Made by a program: the position numbers and the translations under genes. Below the pieces are notes generated by a model, which ran no database searches, was not told the DNA's origin, and saw only the letters and a list, made by a program, of their open reading frames with translations. Shown here piece after piece: positions 59,782 to 64,000 of a stretch of 64,000 bases of DNA. The stretch lies in contig DAIRSQ010000002.1 of the NCBI GenBank assembly GCA_036804325.1, positions 4,521 to 68,520 on the forward strand. The letters are read 5' to 3'. Numbering within the stretch: the first letter of the stretch is position 1; every line of letters starts with the position of its first letter. Source of the DNA: Candidatus Nanopelagicaceae bacterium. Lineage in GTDB: Bacteria > Actinomycetota > Actinomycetes > Nanopelagicales > Nanopelagicaceae.

Positions 59782-60419
59782 GCGTTCATAAATGCGCGCA
59801 CTGAATCAGCAATCATCTGTACTGCGATAGCGGCAAGTAAGAGACCAGCAATTCGAGCAATAAGCGTGACGCCAGACTTCTTGATTATTTTGATAATTCC
59901 CGTTGAGAAAGCCAGTACTAATCCAAGGAAAATATGTAACAAGATGATTGCAATAAATAACGCTGCCATCATGGAGAGGGAACTGCCTGAACTCGCGGAA
60001 TTTGCCTGCTTCACAAATATAATCGTGGCCACAATTGCACCCGGGCCTGCAAGTAGTGGAGTTCCTAGAGGAACTAAAGCAACGCTGACATCACTCTCAT
60101 TACTTTGTTCTTTCTGGTTACCCGTTAAGAGATCTAATGCAACGAGCAAAAGGAGTAAGCCACCTGCACCCTGAAGAGCCGGTAGCGAGATTTTTAAGTA
60201 ATCGAGAATAAATTGGCCAAAGAGAGCGAAAATGACTATCAATAAAAGTGAGACGCTGGCGGTTTTCCATGCGAGCTTCCGTTGTTGCTCCGGGGGATAT
60301 TTAGACACCAGCGAGAGGAATATCGGCATGACTCCTGGCGGATCGATAATCACAATGAGAGTGACAAATACTTGAACGCCAAAAGTTAAGGCACTTACCG
60401 TGCCGACTGTTCCATTCAT
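59778..60419 (-). CDS. MarC family membrane protein
   Basis: DPPG..PIF, GGLLLL, VPLGTPLLAGPGAI; ATGA overlaps on both sides. Confidence 0.93.
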   Translation of the reverse strand: MNGTVGTVSALTFGVQVFVTLIVIIDPPGVMPIFLSLVSKYPPEQQRKLAWKTASVSLLLIVIFALFGQFILDYLKISLPALQGAGGLLLLLVALDLLTGNQKEQSNESDVSVALVPLGTPLLAGPGAIVATIIFVKQANSASSGSSLSMMAALFIAIILLHIFLGLVLAFSTGIIKIIKKSGVTLIARIAGLLLAAIAVQMIADSVRAFMNA

Positions 60420-61267
60420 ACCGTAAATACCTCGCAACCTGACCCGCTACTGAGGATACCCTCCCAAACTTCCAGGGCGGTGAGCTCCATTCCAAGGCGT
60501 TGCGCGCCAACGGCGCCGTGATAATCACTCGAGCCAGTAGCGAAGATGTTGTAAGTATGGGCCAGACTCCGCAAATTTTTTCGGGCGCTTTCATCATGAT
60601 CTCGATGATCTACCTCTAAACCGCTAAGGCCTCCCTCAATCAAAGTTTCAATTTCTGAGAGTCCGTAAATCGCACCACGCGATCCAGCTAGGCCATGTGC
60701 GAGAACGCTTACGCCTCCTGCGCTTGCAATGGCCGAGATTGCCTCTTCTGGTGAGGGAGCGAAATGTCCAACATAGAACGGGGAGCCGTTATGAAGGTAC
60801 TTTGCAAAAGCCTGATCGCGAGAGGTTGCCACACCACTTTCCACCAACGCATCAGCGAGATGGGGACGGCCAACGGTCAGTGCGCTCTCTGAATGCTTGG
60901 CAACATCTGCAAATGTAATCTCAATTCCAGCCTCATTAAGTAGTGCAATAATCTTTTTGATACGTGGAATGCGATCATCGCGGGTCAAGGACATCATTGT
61001 TGTGAGCTGCTGGTCATCAGGATTAAATAGGTATCCCAAAATATGAACGCTCATTCCGCTCTCTGTTTTACAGGAAATTTCTGCTCCAGGAACAATGGTC
61101 AAATCTCCATTCTTCGAATCTGTGAACAGTGATTGCCACCCGTCCAAGGTGTCATGATCGGTAATTGCCAATACATCTATACCGGCGCTCTTTGCAGAGC
61201 GCACCAATTCAGTTGGTGATTGAAGGCCATCGCTGCGATTGGTATGCGTATGTAAATCAATCTTCAC
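60416..61267 (-). CDS. PHP domain phosphoesterase (TrpH/YciV-like)
   Basis: DLHTH..RSDG, AITDHDT, G.EIS, HILGY, GRPH, GSSDYHG; GTG 61267 with SD. Confidence 0.92.
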   Translation of the reverse strand: MKIDLHTHTNRSDGLQSPTELVRSAKSAGIDVLAITDHDTLDGWQSLFTDSKNGDLTIVPGAEISCKTESGMSVHILGYLFNPDDQQLTTMMSLTRDDRIPRIKKIIALLNEAGIEITFADVAKHSESALTVGRPHLADALVESGVATSRDQAFAKYLHNGSPFYVGHFAPSPEEAISAIASAGGVSVLAHGLAGSRGAIYGLSEIETLIEGGLSGLEVDHRDHDESARKNLRSLAHTYNIFATGSSDYHGAVGAQRLGMELTALEVWEGILSSGSGCEVFTV

Positions 61268-62192
61268 GAACAGGCTCCCCCTGTAATTGTGAGGTCCGAG
61301 ATGCAACAAGCCCGCTACCAAAAATTAGTAATGCAATCCCAGGAATAATTCCAACTGGTGGCACTTGCCCAATCCACCAAAACGCTAACAACGCGCCAAC
61401 TGGAACTTCAAAGAAGACTATAAGTGAGACGACGGCAGGATTTACTCGGACGAGTACTTGATTAAATAAAGTGTGCCCCAAAAGTTGTGCACCCACAATC
61501 AAACCAAGAATAAGCAACCACTCGAATGCTCGATATCCAAATAGTGGAGCGCCACTGGGAATGACAAATAATAAACAAGTGAGTGCGCACACGAGATAAC
61601 AAATAGTTGTGTATGTAGTCGTGGAAACAACTTTCTGGACATGAGAACCTGCTGTCACATAAGCGCCAGCGAGCGCTCCACCTAATAGTGCAATTAAATC
61701 GCCTGTAAGTGATCGAGTGGAAAGTGTCCAATCCACTCCGGTGACAATCAATACACCAACCATGGAAATTGCCATGCCAATCCAGACTCGATAATCAACA
61801 ACGCGACCCTTATATCGAAGCCAGAGCGCAACAAAGATTGGTTGTGTTGCCGTTAGCGCTGTTCCGCTAGCCACGCTTGTTAATCGCATGGAGTAGAAGA
61901 AGCAAATAAAATGAAGAGCGAGAAATACTCCTGCGAGTATTGACCACCCCCAAGATTTTTTTGAGAGCGTTCGCCACTCCCCCTTTGCTAAAGCAAAAGG
62001 CAAAGTGATTAATGAACCGCCAAGATTTCGCCAGAAAATTGCTACCGGTACTGCCATCGCCCCTAATGCAATTAGCGGACCTGAGGTACCAATTCCAATA
62101 ATTCCAATTGCCAATCGCGTGAGATCGCCCCCACCAATAGGTAGGCGATTGGGTTTTTTGCCCGTATCAACCCCGTGATTTTCCGACCTCAT
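61257..62192 (-). CDS. DMT/EamA family transporter
   Basis: About 10 TM; AG.FLALHF, LTSVAS, QP.FV, GD..AL, QLLGH..FN, EVP; start moved to ATG 62192. Confidence 0.9.
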   Translation of the reverse strand: MRSENHGVDTGKKPNRLPIGGGDLTRLAIGIIGIGTSGPLIALGAMAVPVAIFWRNLGGSLITLPFALAKGEWRTLSKKSWGWSILAGVFLALHFICFFYSMRLTSVASGTALTATQPIFVALWLRYKGRVVDYRVWIGMAISMVGVLIVTGVDWTLSTRSLTGDLIALLGGALAGAYVTAGSHVQKVVSTTTYTTICYLVCALTCLLFVIPSGAPLFGYRAFEWLLILGLIVGAQLLGHTLFNQVLVRVNPAVVSLIVFFEVPVGALLAFWWIGQVPPVGIIPGIALLIFGSGLVASRTSQLQGEPVRED

Positions 62193-62223
62193 GAGTAAGA
62201 CCCTAACCGGTACCCTTATCCAT
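62193..62223. promoter_or_regulatory. Back-to-back leaderless promoters
   Basis: TAGGGT (minus, 62205-62200) and TACCCT (plus, 62211-62216), each 7 nt from an ATG. Confidence 0.55.
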
Positions 62224-63486
62224 ATGAGCGCTACATTGAATCGAGTCTTTATAGCGCGCCTTGCAGGAACTGTGGTTTTCGACCCAACGGGTGACCAAGT
62301 GGGAAAGGTGCGCGATGTTGTCGCGACCCTACAAGCTGGACATGTGCCACCACGCGTTCTTGGAATCATCGTAGAAGTTCCCCCACGTCGACGAATCTTC
62401 ATTCCTATTACCCGAGTGACCTCTATCGAACCGGGAACTGTAGTAATAACCGGTTTACTCAATGTGCGGAGATTTCAACCACGCCCCGGCGAATTTCTCG
62501 TGCTCGGCGAGTTTCTCGATCGGACAACCACGCTTATTGGAAAACCTGAGCGTGTGATCATCGAAGATATCGCGATGGAGCAGACTCGTCGCGGTGATTG
62601 GTTGTTAAACAAAGTTCATGTGGCATCGAAAAGTTCAGGTTTACGTCGACGTGGTCCAGGTAAAACTGTTGAGTACTCTCAACTAACGGAATTTGCAGCG
62701 AATGAAACTGATGATGAAGCGCGAAGCCTCCTTGCGACCCTCTCGAGTTTGAAAGCTGCTGACTTGGCTGGGGCGCTACATGACCTTTCAATGGCAAGGC
62801 GCGTTGAAATTGCTCGCGCTCTTGATGATGAGCGACTTGCAGACTTGCTTGAAGAGATGGAAGAGGGTGAGCGAGTTGCCCTTCTTGCTCAACTTGAAGG
62901 TGAGCGCGCTGCCGATGTTCTCGGCGAGATGGATCCTGATGATGCTGCCGACCTTCTTCGCGAAGTTGGTAGTGAAAAGGCAGAGTCACTGCTTAATCTG
63001 ATGGAGCCAGAAGATGCCGAAGATGTTCGACGATTGATGGTTTATGAGGACTACTCTGCTGGTGGAATGATGACGACCGAACCCATCATTCTTGCAGCAG
63101 ATAACACTGTGGCAGAAGCGCTCGCAGCGCTCCGATCAAGCGAGATTACGCCAGCGCTCGCATCACAAGTGTTCGTAACGAGAGCTCCACATGAGACTCC
63201 TACCGGAAAATTCCTTGGTATTGCACATTTCCAACGCTTGCTTCGTGAGCCACCTGCGACGCTTCTTGGTTCAATAATCGATACCGAATCTGAATCGCTC
63301 ACTCCGGATCGAAATCTCACGACAATCTCCTCTTACTTTGCCGCCTATAACTTGGTCGCAGTTCCAATTGTTGATGAGAACGATCGACTACTAGGCGTTG
63401 TTACCGTTGACGACGTTCTCGACCATTTGCTCCCAGAGAACTGGCGAGCCCAGCATGATGATGGCACCCGGGAGGTGTTGAAATGA
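62224..63486 (+). CDS. MgtE intracellular-domain protein (PRC barrel, MgtE_N, CBS pair; no TM domain)
   Basis: RVFIARLAG..VFDP.GDQVG, acidic helical repeats, AGGMMT.EP, LLGVVTVDDVLDHLLP. Confidence 0.9.
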   Translation: MSATLNRVFIARLAGTVVFDPTGDQVGKVRDVVATLQAGHVPPRVLGIIVEVPPRRRIFIPITRVTSIEPGTVVITGLLNVRRFQPRPGEFLVLGEFLDRTTTLIGKPERVIIEDIAMEQTRRGDWLLNKVHVASKSSGLRRRGPGKTVEYSQLTEFAANETDDEARSLLATLSSLKAADLAGALHDLSMARRVEIARALDDERLADLLEEMEEGERVALLAQLEGERAADVLGEMDPDDAADLLREVGSEKAESLLNLMEPEDAEDVRRLMVYEDYSAGGMMTTEPIILAADNTVAEALAALRSSEITPALASQVFVTRAPHETPTGKFLGIAHFQRLLREPPATLLGSIIDTESESLTPDRNLTTISSYFAAYNLVAVPIVDENDRLLGVVTVDDVLDHLLPENWRAQHDDGTREVLK

Positions 63487-63974
63487 GCAATCGACTTGAT
63501 TTGCCGCGACGTGGAAAGCGTTCACTCCGTCCAACGTACAACTCAGAGGCATTTGGACAACTATCCGAAAGATTTGCTCGTTTCTTAGGAACAGCAAACT
63601 TCTTGGTCTACATGTCAGTCTTTGTGCTTACCTGGGTGTTATGGAATGCCTTTGCGCCAACGCACCTACGCTTTGATCCATTTCCATTTATCTTCTTAAC
63701 TTTGATTCTCTCGCTCCAAGCATCGTATGCCGCGCCGCTGATTTTGCTTGCGCAGAATCGGCAAGCAGATCGAGATCGCATTCAATCTGCAGAAGATCGT
63801 CTCCGCGACGAGCGGAACCTTGCGGATACCGAGTACCTCACGCGCGAAATTGCAGCTTTACGTGAGGGCTTAGGTGATGTTGCAACGCGCGACTTTATTC
63901 GAAGTGAACTCCGTGAGCTATTAGAAGAAATTAAATCTGAAGATCGTAACTCAGGAACTGATTCAGTTAGCTGA
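63483..63974 (+). CDS. DUF1003 family membrane protein
   Basis: ARFLGT, FDPFPFIFLTLILSLQASYAAPLILLAQNRQ; ATGA-coupled to the upstream gene. Confidence 0.93.
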   Translation: MSNRLDLPRRGKRSLRPTYNSEAFGQLSERFARFLGTANFLVYMSVFVLTWVLWNAFAPTHLRFDPFPFIFLTLILSLQASYAAPLILLAQNRQADRDRIQSAEDRLRDERNLADTEYLTREIAALREGLGDVATRDFIRSELRELLEEIKSEDRNSGTDSVS

Positions 63975-64000
63975 GATCGGTAGTCGCTTGCCCGCGAGGG

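Noticed and set aside
52235..62462. N-terminal extensions of mshB (to 53293) and the DMT gene (to 62462) in the ORF track
   Set aside because: They overlap divergent genes; internal ATGs with -10 elements give family-typical lengths
63963..64000. Possible 3' end of a minus-strand gene (...LAGKRLPISAN*), reminiscent of Mrp/NBP35 C-termini
   Set aside because: Only 11 codons are visible at the window edge; insufficient to call

Overview
Gene-dense bacterial chromosome segment from an Actinomycetota genome (whiB1, whiB2, mtrAB, pdtaS, mshB, moeZ, dapC-fdxA, secA with an Rv3235-like neighbour). The moderate GC, tiny intergenic spacers and missing genes in normally conserved operons suggest a streamlined freshwater lineage such as Ca. 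Nanopelagicales/acI; this taxonomy is inference. About 55 CDSs. I found no rRNA, tRNA, CRISPR array, transposase, integrase or prophage. Bases 1-10 kb look accessory: a membrane-anchored collagen-like protein with a phage-type head domain, a Tat-exported Rieske protein, and the best candidate for an undescribed system. That candidate is a six-gene module (PIG-L deacetylase, glucosaminate-type amino-acid ABC transporter, D-amino-acid dehydrogenase, SelA/DgaE-like PLP enzyme) that may catabolise (N-acetyl)glucosaminate. The rest is mostly core actinobacterial synteny with several oddities: pervasive leaderless promoters, translationally coupled micro-ORFs, a palindrome over the whiB2 promoter, a short archaeal/cyanobacterial-type ahcY, mtrAB without lpqB, and a ParA lacking both Walker A lysines. 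Family assignments come from motif recognition and recall, not database searches. Several start codons were moved from the ORF track using SD or -10 context.
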